From the human T2T-CHM13v2.0 reference genome, Homo sapiens, in the NCBI RefSeq assembly GCF_009914755.1, contig NC_060934.1: DNA of 64,000 bases. One strand, 5' to 3'. Made by a program: the position numbers and the translations under genes. The notes beneath the pieces are model-generated. The model had not been told where the DNA came from. It saw nothing but the letters and a program-made list of their open reading frames with translations, and searched no databases. Positions 26,581-41,619 of the stretch are shown here, piece by piece (positions within the stretch are counted from its first letter, which is position 1; each line of letters begins with the position of its first letter).

Positions 26581-28368
26581 CATTTAGAAGGGAAAAAACT
26601 GCTTTTATATATGCCATTTATCAAACTTCTTATCTTACCATCTCAAAACCCAGGCAAAGGATATAATGTAAACCAAAATATGAGAGAAATCAAAGGAAAA
26701 TATTAATGGCACGCATAACCCTCATTCTCTTTCTCTCAAAGCAGTAAGTTATAGCAAGTGTCAGCTGTCAGTCTGTGCACGTAGCCTTTAGTTCAAGGAA
26801 GGCCCTGACCTGTACACTGACCCAAGCATCAAGTCCCATGGGCAGGGCCCATGGTGGGACTCCCTGACCCGCGTCATTCTGTGCCCTCACCTCTGAAGCC
26901 GCCAAGTGCAGTGTCTGCCCAAGAAGCCACCGGGCTGCAGACCCAGGGCGGGTCCGATGTATACCCTAGGAGGCACCCCCAATTTCACCTCTCCTTGGTG
27001 GGCCTCTCACCTGTCCGCTTGCCACAGGATCTACCTGCCCTCTGGTGCCAAGCAACAACGGATGAATACCCACTACCTCCAGACAGTCAGATGGGCCTCA
27101 ACTCAGCCCCAACAAGCAGCCAGAAAGCAAAGCGAGGAAGATGACAGCCAATTTCACCATGCGGCCCAGGCCCACAGACTCCAGAGGATTTTGGGAAGCT
27201 TCACAGCTGCACCAGAGTTCTGCCCCACGACCATCCTGATCTGCGAAGGACACGTCCATTCTGACCACAGATGTTCACTGAGCCTCTGCTAGGCACAGGG
27301 TGAACACCATACAATGACCATCCCCAAATTCAGGAGTGTTAAACTTCATCTACATTAAAGAATTCAAACTACGTAGACAGGGAGTTATATAAACCAAAAG
27401 AAAATGTTAATTTGCACACATAACCCCATCCCCTTTCTCTCAAAATAGTAAGTTATAAAAATCTAGAAAGTAGAGAACATTTTATTTGCAGTTTGGATAA
27501 CCTAAGGTTTACTGAGCAATGAAACTGAGAATGTTTCCACTAACACACAGGCCACAGGTTTCAGGGCAGCAGGAAGGCCAGGAAGGAGCAAGTGTCCTGG
27601 AGGTGGCAGCTTTGTCTCTATACCACACCACAGATGCTGGCTGTCCCGGAACAAGATGGCCAGGGTGCAAAGGTCTTAGTGCCATGGCCGAGACAACTAC
27701 TGGGTTTCCCAGTGCGGTCCCTTGGGTGAGGGAGCTGCAGAGGACTCATCAGCACCCTATGCAGAGGGGTTTCTGAGCACAGGACCAGGCCCTGGAAGGT
27801 GGGAGTCTTGAGACCAGCAGGGCTGCAGGAGGTACTCCCTGAGTCACCTATTCCCTTGCAACTTGGAGGTCAGGGTTGCTTTGCCCTGCTGGGGGAATCT
27901 GCCCCTGCTGTCTCCGAGGCCCCACTCTCCCCTCAGCCAGCTGGAGCACCGGGTTCTCCTTTGGATCCTGACACGCGACCTTAGACAACTTATTTTACTG
28001 CTGATCCTCCCATCGCAGGCTGGGGCAGGGAGATCAGCTACAGGAACAGAAGGGAACGATGCACTCACAGGGCTGGGGTAGAGCTGGTGCCCACCCCCAC
28101 CACTAGCCAAACAGTCTCGGGGCTGGCCTCTTCCAGGGGCCTTTCTCAGGACCAAGGGTTTCCTGTTCCCTGCCTGTCTTGGCTGAGTGACCACCTCCCC
28201 TAATAGCTGCCTGCCAGCCAGCTCCTACAAATCAGGACCTTCTATTGACAACACTACAAATTGCGTTATGATTTTATAAAGCTTTAAATTCCAAAATCAG
28301 TATTGGAATTAGTCCAACTTGTAAACGCCCACAATGATGAGTTTCAAACACACAAAAATACTGCCTAT

Positions 28369-28672
28369 GGCCAAGTGCGGTGGCTCATACCCGTTATCCC
28401 AGCACTTTGGGAGGCCGAGGTGCGGGGATCAACTGAGGTTGGGAGTTCAAGACCAGCCTGGCCAACATGGTGAAACCCCATCTCTACTGAAAATACAAAA
28501 ATTAGCTGGGCGTTGTGGTGCACACCTGTAATCCCAGCTACTCAGGAGGCTGAGGCAGGAGAACTGCCACGAACCCAGGAGGCAGAGGTTGTAGTGAGCC
28601 TGAGATCGTGCCATTGCACACCAGCCTGGGCGACAGAGTGAGACTTCATCTCAAACAAACAAGAAAACAAAA
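28369..28672 (+). mobile_element. Alu (AluS-like)
   Basis: Full length. Confidence 0.93.
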
Positions 28673-29102
28673 TTACTGGCTGAAAGTTTCCATTAAGACA
28701 AGCTTGTTTTCCAATATTAAATCCCCAAGCCAGGACACGGTCATTTCTGTTTGTTGTGCCATCTAATCAGGACATGGAGATTTCTGCTGAGAGTCTCCCC
28801 TTTAATGGAGGTTCTCACAGAGTATTTTGTTGTTTCCCTACTCCCCAACTCCCCCACCATCAGGAAGTTGACAGAAAGTAAAGATGTAAAATTACTTCCT
28901 TTTCCATACCCTGCCCCCCTCCCCCCCCACACACAAACCCCAAAAGAAGTGAATATAGAAAGATAAAAAGTTACCCTAAGTAACTACAGACTTTGGATAA
29001 CAATGGATCAATTACTTTGGGAGGCCTAGCTGGGCCAATCACTTGAGCTCAGCAGTTTTATATATATATATGGGTCATTAATTGTAACAAATGCATCATA
29101 CC

Positions 29103-29432
<330 letters not shown>

Positions 29433-29443
29433 TTATAGGGAAA

Positions 29444-29620
29444 GGCCAGGTGGGGTGGCTCATGCCTGTAATCCCAGAGCTTTGGGAGGCTGAGCCGGCA
29501 GGATAGCTTGAGTCCAGAAACTACAGACTTCAGCGAGCTATGATGGGGCCACTACATTCCAGCCTGGGTGACAGTGAGACTCAATTTCTAAAAAATGATA
29601 ATGATAATAATAATAATAAT
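29444..29620 (+). mobile_element. Alu monomer (FRAM/AluJ-like) with (AAT)n tail
   Basis: Single-arm length. Confidence 0.8.
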
Positions 29621-29700
29621 GATTACCAATTTTAATACAGAAAACTGGGTGTGAGGTATATGAAATCTGTATTATCATCACAATTTTTATGTAAATCTAA

Positions 29701-29964
<264 letters not shown>

Positions 29965-31110
29965 TAAAATTTTTCTAAAATAAAAACTTTTTAACCAAAG
30001 AAAAAAAGAAAATCACCCACTTCCCTCACACTGCATTCCTGCAAAGACAAAATGCCCCGTATGCGGTGATTGCTTCCCTCCCCAATTCTGAGCAGATGCT
30101 GCTCTCTGTTGCATGGAAGCATATTCCAGGCACATCCAGATGCTCCCGAGCCGTGTGCCAGGGCTGCCACGACCTCGTATCTGTGCCCCACTCACCCATG
30201 CAACCACCGCCTGCTGAGAGGGGAAACAGAGGCAGCGAGGGGCAGGCTCCCTGCTCTGGGAAGGGAAGGAGCATTTGCGGGAAGGCCCAAGAACATGAGA
30301 GCCTGGTTGAAGGCCACTGGACGGCCCTTGGCACTGGACTAGGGGGCCAGCCAGGGATTCAGGGATGATGGAAAAACCAGGAAATATTAATAAAATGCAG
30401 AACACTTGCTGTGTGCTCCTGATGGAGGAAGCAGCAAAGCCGGCTAACAAATTGGTCATTGGTACAGTGAGCCTGAGCCCAAGTGGGACAGGAAATTAAT
30501 CCAACATGCTGAAGACCTGAGTTCCAACTGCTGGAACAAGGCGAAGGGGTCCCACCCCAAAAGTGAAGTAAGACCTGAAAGATGGCAGTAAAAACTTACA
30601 AGATGCAAATTAAAACAGAGCTAATGGTGATGACAGCTGGCCAAGGAACAGGAGAATGGACCAGTCCGCCAGGTTTTGAAGAGCTTTTTTAGAAAGCAAG
30701 GCTGACTAGAGCCAGTGAAGAATAAAACGCTTAGAAGAAAGACAGTAACTCTCTAAAACCATAGTTAATGGTCCAATGGTTCTTCCTTCCATCACAAAAC
30801 CAAATTCCCAGATACCGTGAAATGCGTACCACCACCCCCAAACATTCCCAAAGCAGACCCTGCACCTTTGCAAATGCTGCAGATTAAGAAACAGAGGATG
30901 CAAGCAGGAAACGGAATCTGGCAACTGTTGTTGAGGGGAATGGGCCGGAACAGTCAGCTGCCCGCAGGGTACTTGGTGGAAGACAAGAGGTCAAGACAGG
31001 CACTTCCTCTGGGCTGAGGGTGGCCAGTCTGGGCCCTAGACATCCACACCATGGACAAACCCTGAGACCTGGACATGGGCTTTTCTGGCCAGAACATAAT
31101 CCACATACAT

Positions 31111-31317
31111 GGCCGGGCACGGTGGCTCACGAGGTCAGGAGTTCGAGACCAGCCTGGCCAATATGGTGAAACCCCATCTCTACTAAAAATACAAAAATTA
31201 GCCAGGCATGGTGGCGTGCGCCTGTAGTTCCAGCTACTCGGGAGGCTGTGGTTGCAGTGAGCCAAGATGGCGCCACTGCACTCCAGCCTGGAGAGACTCC
31301 GTCTCAAAAAAGAAAAA
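31111..31317 (+). mobile_element. Alu with three internal deletions
   Basis: gctcac|gaggtc, gaggctg|tggttg and cctgg|agagact junctions. Confidence 0.88.
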
Positions 31318-31367
31318 GGAATCCACGTACAGCTCCTATCTGTCCTGCAAGAAAAGGAAATTGACGA

Positions 31368-31687
<320 letters not shown>

Positions 31688-32276
31688 GGAAACTGACAAG
31701 AAGGCCAAAACAAAGAAACAGATGCCAATTGCTTGGGGCCCTCATGGTAGCTGGGGAGGAACTACCACCTACCACTGGCATGGCTGATTCCCCAAGTAAC
31801 TGCCTGCAGGTCCCTGGAGCACACACAGGATCTTGTAGCAGGACCTGCAGGCTCAAATCAAGTAAAAGCTAGTCTCAGATATTCAGTATGTTCCCCTTGA
31901 TACATGTCTCAGGACTAATTATTTTACAAGGCCCCAAATCACTAACAAAACTGTTGACTACAGTTTTGGCAATCATCATTTAAGTCATTACTAACGGTTG
32001 GATGCAATAAATAGAGATGACAGAATGGCAAACAGCTGAGATCCCACCTCCAGAGCCCAAGAACACAGTGTCAGAGAAAGCTAACAGCCACAGCAGTTCC
32101 ACGCCGGCTCGCCCAAGTCTTCAGATGTGGCCCTGCCCAATAAATCAGTGTCTGCAATGGCAAGGGCCACTCTCTTACATTTTACATCATCTTTCTTTCT
32201 TAATCTCAATGTTGATGATGTCCACTTAGAAGCTCAAAAACACGATGAGATTTCTTCAATGGCTTCTGCATCTCTC

Positions 32277-32571
32277 TTTTTTTTGAGATGGAGTCTCACT
32301 CTGTCGCCAGGCTGGAGTGCAGTGACGCCATCTTGGCTCACCGCAGCCTCCCGAGTTCAATTGACCAGGTTCAAGCGATTCTCCTGCCTCAGGCTCCTGA
32401 GTAACTGGAATTACAAGCGTGCACCACCACACCCAGCTATATTTTGTATTTTTAGTAGAGACAGGGCTTCACCATGTTGGCCAGGCTGGTCAACTCTTGA
32501 CCTCAAGTGATCCGCCCGCCTTGGCCCCCCAAAGTGCTGGGATTACAGGCGTGAGCCATCATGCATGGCTG
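32277..32571 (-). mobile_element. Alu (AluS-like)
   Basis: Alu consensus; TSD ttctgcatctct/ttctgcacctct. Confidence 0.92.
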
Positions 32572-33034
32572 GTTTCTGCACCTCTTTCAAATGGGATTTA
32601 TTTTTTAAAGTAAGATAAACATGTTAATAAAATTGGAAACCGATTTGTACGTGGCAAACAATTTTTAGGTGGAAAGTCAACTGCCTTGATTCATATAGGC
32701 ATTTATACAAATTGTTATGGCTATAGCAGCTAAGTTTCACCAAAAAGAAAGATACAAGTAAATTTCTCTTAGAACATAGTGAAGTTCACCAGGACTGGAC
32801 ACATAAAATGGCCAGCATCTCTGCGTGCTGCCCCCCGGAAAGGGTCCGGACATGGCGACATATGAGAGGGAAAACTCCTCCCAATCAGGGTCTGGTGCTG
32901 GTTGGAGTCTGTCTGATGTCATCTTTCCCAGGACGGTCTGTTCTTACTCCCACGGCCCAGGCGTGGAAACCGTGAACCCTGATCTTCAATCCCACCCAGC
33001 ACCACAGAATGCTGGGGATGTTCTCAGTACCTGT

Positions 33035-33170
33035 TCAGCTGTATCTCTCCCCCTCAGCACTGTTGGTATTTTAGGCTTAACAATTATTTGTGGTGGGGGG
33101 CCTTCCTGTGCATTGTGGTATGTTCATAAGCCTGGCCTCTACCCTCTAGATACCAGCAGCATTCCCCCTC
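33035..33170 (-). mobile_element. MER20 (hAT-Charlie) fragment
   Basis: cctgtgcattgt..cctggcctctaccc.ctagat.ccag. Confidence 0.7.
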
Positions 33171-33372
33171 TCTGAATATGATAATCAGTCCCTCAAGGCA
33201 AAGTCTCCTGAAAGCAGCAGCTACATGAAGGTCTCAGAGAATATAGTGAACATAAGGAAGAATGTAACAAAATAGCTCAGGGCAACAAGGATCCCCTGCA
33301 GACAATTGGCTGTAGGCAATGACCTGTCTGGTGCACCATGAAGACCTAGCTGGGATGCACCCTCTGCAGTGA

Positions 33373-33672
<300 letters not shown>

Positions 33673-33772
33673 CGAACACTGTCCTTTTCACATTGAAGTA
33701 AGTGTGACTGGGTGTACGTTTCAGAGTGCACAGCATGTATTCAGTGTTGTTCTCCAGTAACTTCTTTCTTAC

Positions 33773-33873
33773 CTTGAAGCACTCTGTGTAGTACTTCCGT
33801 TTCCTTGGCCCTTCTCAACAACTTGGACCCCACACATCACTCAGGGCTGTTCCTCATCAGCTACAGGTTTAAC
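33773..33873 (-). other. candidate alternative exon, 101 nt, non-coding
   Basis: Acceptor ctcattgtacttctctgccag|GTTA; donor AAG|gtaaga; stops in all three frames. Confidence 0.35.
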
Positions 33874-34039
33874 CTGGCAGAGAAGTACAATGAGCTGAGA
33901 TGGCAGCTCAATGGCACAGTGACACTGGAGCCACCTGTGGAACCATGAGTCCTACCTTGACTACGACTTCCACAGGCGGAGCCGAGAAAACAATAATAGG
34001 TGGGAACCTGGACTCCTAACTGACGCCAGGCAGACTCAA

Positions 34040-35125
34040 TAAAGTAAACCAAACTTTTAAAAGAAAACAAAGGAGAATGTCCTAAGGATCTTGGGTAGAC
34101 AACGGTGATCTAAGACACAAATGCATCAACCATAAAATCTAAGACTAGCCATCATAAAAAGCTTCTGCTCATCAAAAAGATTATAGAGTGACAATACAAA
34201 GTAAGAACATATTTCAGTAAAAATATGCAACAATGGTCTTCCATCTAGAATATATCAAGAATTTCTACAGTTCCAGTATACCACAGTTCGCATATGGCCC
34301 CCAAGAAGAGTATGCTGGAAACTTAATCCCCCATCATTCTGGGAGGTGGGGCGTTAATGAGGTGATTAGGCCATGAGGCTCTACCCCCATTAATGAATCA
34401 ATGCTGTTATCGTGCGAGTGGGTTCCTTATAAAAAGGTGAATTTTATTCCCTTTTCTCTTTCTCCTCTCTCTTTGCCCCTTGGTCAGGGAATGACACACC
34501 AAGAAGACCCTCGCCAGATGCCAACCTTGTGATCTTGGACTTCCCAACCTCAAAAACTGCAAGCCAATTTCTATTCATTATAAATTACTCATTCTGTGGT
34601 ATTCTGTTACAGCAGCACAAAATGGACTAAGACACGGTAAGAAAAAAATCCAGACAAAGCAATTTTTAGAACAGGCAAAAGACTTGACAGGAACTTAAGA
34701 GAATACCCAAATAGCCAATGAAAAGGTATCTAATATGCACCAGGAAAATATAGATTAAAACGTGCTGAGGTTCTACTACAAATGCACCAGAATTGCCAAA
34801 TGCAGAGGATAATGCTAAGAATTGCCAAAGCTGTGGAACACAACTCCCATGCGCAGCTGGCAGGAGTGGAAATCGGTACAACTCTTCTAGAAAACCACCA
34901 GGCGGTTTCTACCAAAGCTGAGCATGTGTATCCCAATGGGCCAGCAATCTTCTTCTAGGTATGTGCTCAACAGACATGCGTGTAGCACATGTGCACCAAA
35001 TGACATGATCATGGCAGCAGCATCCCTAACAGCTCAAAGCTACAAATCCCAAATGACCACGCACAGAATGGGTGTATAATCTGTGCTATCATCACACAAT
35101 GGAACCGTACACAGAAATGAACTAC
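34040..35125 (+). mobile_element. old L1 (L1M) fragment split by an LTR
   Basis: aaacttttaaaagaaaac, gcttctgctcatcaaaa, ggtacaactcttctagaaaac, ccagcaat..cttctaggtat. Confidence 0.65.
34278..34634 (+). mobile_element. MaLR LTR (MST-like) nested in L1
   Basis: gaggtgattaggccatgagg, gatcttggacttccca, aaatggactaagaca end. Confidence 0.78.
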
Positions 35126-37028
35126 TCCCTCCCTCCCTCCCATGAGGAGCCTCCTCTATTCCTTTCTTTTCCCAAGCTCCAGACCCCCATTACCCCACTA
35201 TCATCCCTTAACACCACAGGCAGCATCCACCTCTGGGCCACAGAAGACGACCCTGAGCAAACGTGGCTTAAGGCTCCAACCCTGTCAACTCCACTCAGGT
35301 GGGCTGGGGTGTGACACTGGCCCTGGAAGGCTGGTCCAGGCAGCAGCTGGGTTCTAGCCCCAGCTCAACCACTTTGGGAGCACGGCCATCGCCCAGTCAG
35401 CTCTGGCCCCTACACACCATGGGAGGCTCAACTTCAAGGAGGGTCAAGATCTCCTCTGGGTCCAGAAGATCTCCTCTAGGTTCAGTTCTGTCCAGGAACA
35501 CTGTCACCACTCAGCTCTTTCCCCAGGAACTCGGCCACCTCCCTTCTTTCATCACAGCCCCACACTCCTTCCAGCTCCTTCCACTCACACAAAAGAGCAC
35601 CTGGGACTTGAGAGGCAGCGCGCCTCTCCACGCAGCACAGACTTCACTTTCCGAGTTCTCCTGCCACCGACCTGACGTGGAAGACACACTTGGCACAAAA
35701 GGACCAGACAAAACCCAGTGCCAGTCAGGTCGGCGTTGTTCTGAGAAGGCAGAGAGAAAAACAGAAACTGAGTTGTAGCAGGGGTTAACAATTTTATATC
35801 CACTCTGGCAAGAGATGGCTCGTTCCTTGTGCACTGTCTACGTATTTCCCTATTTCATCCCTGGAGAGTTTAAATGTCCAGAAAGGTTTCTTCCTTCCCA
35901 GACCCTCTTCATCCTTCCCCCTTTAAATGGTCATTTCTGCCAAGAATCATCTGTCTCGCTACTTCCTGCTGGTCCATTAATTACAATAACAAGAAATAAC
36001 CCTGCAGTGATGTCATCCAAACTTTTACTTCCTGTAGCGAACGCACAGGTCAGGCCAACTGATGTGTGTGTCCAGATGCGCCACGCCTCCATTTTGAAAA
36101 GAGAAAAAATTCACCACTCTTGCACTCCATGAAAGCTTTTGTGTGTCCAGAAGCACTCACCCCAAGGTTTTATAAGTTAAATAAAAATGAAATGCGTGTC
36201 AGGCACCGCTACCACCAAAATGTCGCTATTGTAAGCGGAAAACAAGCCACTGATTGTGCAGAGCTGTGAATGTAGGTTTATATACATAAAGAAAAGCCAC
36301 ATTTTCAAGACACATGTAATGAGATGCAGGGTATAAGACACATTCAGCGTTTCCAGCATGTGTGAGCTGGGGAAGAGTTGGTTTCTGCAGAGTTGGTTTC
36401 TGACATCAGCAGGGATAAGGCGGCACCTGTTGGGGATGGAGTGACTCCCTTATCTGTGTTCTTAGAGCAACAGGACTGGAGACGGGGAAGGAAGAACCCC
36501 CATCTGGCTCCAAACTCCCCGGGCTCGCAGAAAGGGCTCACTCACCCCCTCACCAGGCCTGGCAGCCAATAGTAATCGGTGTGGTTCATTTTTTGAAGGG
36601 ATCAAAGAATAAAGCCACATCCAACAGCACATTCTGGAAAGTTCTGGGCTTGGGATTACCAACAAAAAGGGCTCTCTGACACAAACAACTGGGAGCCTGC
36701 CTAAAAGAACCCTGAAAACCCAGGTCAGCTGAAGAAATCACCCATGAAAAAGCTGGGGGCACCGTGGTGATGCCCACCCCAGCTGATGCCCACGGGACCC
36801 CTGGCCCTCTGCCTCCCGTGTTCAACCTCAGCTCACCTCTCATTTAGTCCAAACGGGGCCACCATTTGGAGTCTGTTCTGTGATTTCAGCACCTGGTATT
36901 CAAAGTTATCTTAGGTTGTGGCTTAAGCAGCCAAGTCTGACTTCAGATTCAGCCCTGGGTGGTGCTGATGGGGGGAGGTGGGGGCTGCTCTGACCCCTTC
37001 ATCACAATTCCCATAAGAACCTTTCTCA

Positions 37029-37365
<337 letters not shown>

Positions 37366-37884
37366 TCAACAGAGGAGGGAGGTTCTAGGACATATTTCCT
37401 AGGCGAAGATAGGTCCAAGAAGATTATTTTTGTCTACAGCCTGCTAGAAACAAGGTCTTATCAATTATTATTGATTACAAAGCCACTTCGTCACCTCAAA
37501 CTGCCTGTTCTGTGGCAACCCCAAGATTGTTCTACTTCCACAGCCTTTTTTTTTTTTTAAACCCAACACACACTGGCCATTTCCTCACAAATTCTACCAG
37601 GGTTGACTTCAAAGTGTCGGGGGGAAAGTGCTGTTTTGAGTTGACACGAGGTCACAGACAAGCCAAGCTGCGATGGTTGGGGACAGCTCTGGAGGCGGAG
37701 CAATCACCGGATCCTGTAGAGATGGCCAAAGCCAGGAGGACTTCTTCAGATACCTCTAGGGACTCATGACTCTCACCCAGGGCTTAATCTGACCCTTACC
37801 AATAATAATGTTCTTTCTTTTTCCTGCTGTGTTTTCCTACCATTCATTACAAATTTTAGACCAATCAAAAAATTTGGAATAACC

Positions 37885-38342
<458 letters not shown>

Positions 38343-39039
38343 TCACATGCCAGTCCACGGTTCCCAGCGGTGGCGGCATTCCTCTCCAGGGAGGAAAATG
38401 CTACAGAATATTCACCACCGGTCAATTCATCTGCCCGGTTGGATCTCCTTCCAAACTTAAAATCTAGGGATTCAGTCCTGCGAATGCCATACTCCGCATT
38501 CTCCTTACACAGATTGAGATCAACAGTGGGTTGGTTTCAATAAGATATGAAGAAACAATGAGGCAAGACCATTTTGAAACAGCCCATTATACATACAGAA
38601 AATCCAATCAAGCCTTGGCTACAAAAACAGAAGGGTGGGCCGAGCACTAGCATGTCATTAATTATTAATTCTCCTGTAATGTCCCAATATGGACTAAATA
38701 ACCTATTCCCACAGGAAAATGTATTGTCATTGACAATAGAAGACCAAAATATCTATAATGGTTGCTAATTTGAATAGAATCAGTTCCACGCTTAGGACAA
38801 GTGACTATTCCAATGGAGAGTTTATTTACAAGGCATTTTCTCACATGATGCAGGGAGACTGATTTAGAAATTGCAATCCTCTCTCCTGTGATGAAAACCA
38901 CTTCCACGATTAAGCACTCCATGGAGAAGTACTTACTTACAAGCTTTCCTTTGGATTCTGAATGTTTTCTGCAGATTTTAAACAGAGTCGGCTCACCCTC
39001 CATTCCTGGTAACCATGCTAAATGGTTTCGATACTGTAC

Positions 39040-39057
39040 CTGAGCATTTAAGTGATC
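39040..39057 (-). other. candidate 18-nt microexon
   Basis: cgttttatttgacag|GATCACTTAAATGCTCAG|gtacag; TTAAC branch-like motif ~25 nt upstream. Confidence 0.3.
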
Positions 39058-39989
39058 CTGTCAAATAAAACGTTCCTCCAAGTTAACTCCGCTGTATATT
39101 TATGCACTTAATATCACAGCTTACTGCAAAGTGCACAAATCATTTTAACAGAGTATAAATTTAACTACCATGAAGGCATTTTATACTCTGTTTAACTTCA
39201 CTGAGGGGCCCATATTTTTTGGAGAAGATAAATCATGCTTCCATATAACTTGACTTAGGGGAACAGCAGTCAAAACTCACAAAGAGAAATACACCCAGTT
39301 TCCTTGGATTAGGGGTAAAAAAAAAACACACACCCACACCGTCAACCAAGACATCTGTCACCCGTACCTCTTACCAAGCAGTGGTAGCCACCAGTGCACC
39401 CAGCCCAGGGCAGGTGGGCTAAGTGAGGGGCTGGGCCATGAGAGTGCACTCTCCTCTGCCCCTGGTCACTGTCCTCTGGCCGTTCTGGAACAATGGGGAT
39501 TGAGCGCTGTCGACCTGACAACACCCCTAGCATGGGAGGGCTGCCACCTGTGCCATCTTGGCTGTCATCATTGGAAACACAATCTCCTGTGGATCTTTTC
39601 TAAAAGGAGCTCCAGGCCCCACTGCCAAAGGGTCTCCAGACGCACATAAGAAATTTAAAAAGGGGGAAAAATAGTCACGCAAGAAATCCATGCATACAGC
39701 AGCTGAAGTCATCAATTATTTATTGAATGAGGGAACCTTAGCCATGGCCCATCTGGAAGGGCCAGACTTAGGTCTCAAGCTGTGCCCTGCAGGTCAACAG
39801 CAGGAGCTCTTCTGACCTGATAGGAGTCTCTGAACTCAACTCAGGGTCACAGGAGTGCACTTTTAACGTTCAGTGGAGGCAACTGCACATGCGTCACCTC
39901 CACAAATTAAGGGCACAGCGCTGCCTCCCACATCCCATACCCAGACCTGGTATGTTACGATGCACAAAATCATGTACAGGACTTAAAAA

Positions 39990-40710
39990 AAAAAAAAAGG
40001 AGATTGAGATAATAGCTTTACAGTGGAGAAAGACGGACTCGATCTTAGCCAAGTGATCAAAGTTAACCCCACCAATAATAAGATAAATTCACATGATGTG
40101 CCCTCCTAATCCGCTGTGCTGACAACAACAGTGGGTCCTGAGCATTCCCGCCCAAAGTGCCCAACTCCAATCAGGAAAAAACACAGGACAAACTGAACTG
40201 AGGGCCATTCTACAAAATGACTCATCTGCTCTCTTCAAAAACATCAATGTCATGGTACAAAGGAGGACAAGAAACGGTTCCAGATTAAAGATGACTAAAG
40301 AGACAAGGAAACCAGAGGCAACGCAGAATCCGAAGTTTCTTTTGCTATAAAGGATCTTATTGGGACTACTGGCAAAATCAGTAAGATCTGAATATTAGAT
40401 ATGATTATCAATGTTAATTTCCTGACCTTGATACTTGTCTTATGTGAAAGAATGGGCACTGTGTTTAGGAAAAATTAACTCCTCCATCCCTAAATACTTT
40501 AGCCTTATATATTTGCAAATATCTCAGAGGGATCTGAAGATTATATACTCTGTGCGTGTGTTTCTGTATATGAGAGAAACACAAGCAAATGTGGTAAAAT
40601 GTCATTTGGAGAGGCTAGGTAAAGGGTAATTAGAAATTCTTTGTTCCATTCTTACAACTCTTCTGTAAGTCTGTAATTATGTCAAAAGAAAAAGTTAAAG
40701 GGAAAAAAAA
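39990..40710 (+). mobile_element. old L1 3' end (L1MC-like)
   Basis: ctttacagtggagaaa, cttagccaagtgatcaaagttaac, atcaatgttaatttcctga. Confidence 0.7.
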
Positions 40711-41619
40711 AATAGACATGAATGGCCACAGTGATTGTGTTCAAGTTTTAGAATCAAGATTGACTGATATTTTCCCAGAGAACCCAAATTTTTGCAATGT
40801 GATTTCATTACTCTTTAAGGTAAACTACCAAAAATAAAGTAAGAGTCACAGCATGTCAGGGGCGCTTCAGATGGAAAGACAGGCGGGTCAGGCAGGGCAA
40901 GGTCCCAGGCCTCCTTCTGTCTCTGCTGTTGGCTGCTGCAGAGGAAGTGGCCACCGAGAACCCACCCTGTCTCTACCCAGGCTCAAGTATCCAAACCCCA
41001 GGCCAGCATGGTCAGCGCTGCCCAGGGGCAGGCTCTGTACCTGCTGCTGTGTGCCAGAGAATTCCACACGGCCACAGTACAGTCCAGAAACCAGCCAGAA
41101 CCAGCCCGTGGGCAAGGGAACAGACCTGAAAGTCACAAAGCTTGGCGTGCCCTCCCTGATGGCCCAAGGTCAGGGCTGGCCACGCCGGAGCTGGGGGCTG
41201 CCCTCCTCCCCCCAGGCAGCCTGTCTCTGCAGGCCGGCTCCGGGACACACTGTCTTCAAAATCCCCATCCATGCTCCTTACAGCCAGTGGACAGCCTCGC
41301 CTTGGAGATGTGGCCAGATGGGCTGCCTCTTAAGTCCTCGTCCATGCTCCTTACAGCCAATGGGCAGATTCACCTTGGAGATGCTGCCCTTCTGGCCTCT
41401 CTCTGGAGAAGACAAAAAACTCAGTAACTTCCCCAAAAAGCTCCTGCTTTATGTACTGAACTTGTACTTCCCACTAAAATCAATTATTAATAAGATTTAA
41501 TAGGCCTCTTGCCTCAGGTATCATTTCCAGCTAATTTTTACTCCCCCATGAGGAGAGTATGGTGGCTGCACAAGTCACGTTTGCACACTGTATCCATGAT
41601 CATTCTGCCAGCTTTCCTC

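Noticed and set aside
36632-36644. Perfect heat-shock element TTCtgGAAagTTC
   Set aside because: About 0.5 occurrences are expected by chance in this window, and there is no supporting context.
39147-39192. Pre-miRNA
   Set aside because: The 13-bp stem is far too short for Drosha/Dicer processing; kept only as a hairpin.
40853-41500. Longest ORF (215 aa) as a single-exon gene
   Set aside because: No domain; the composition is typical of random GC-rich DNA and it runs through a local duplication.
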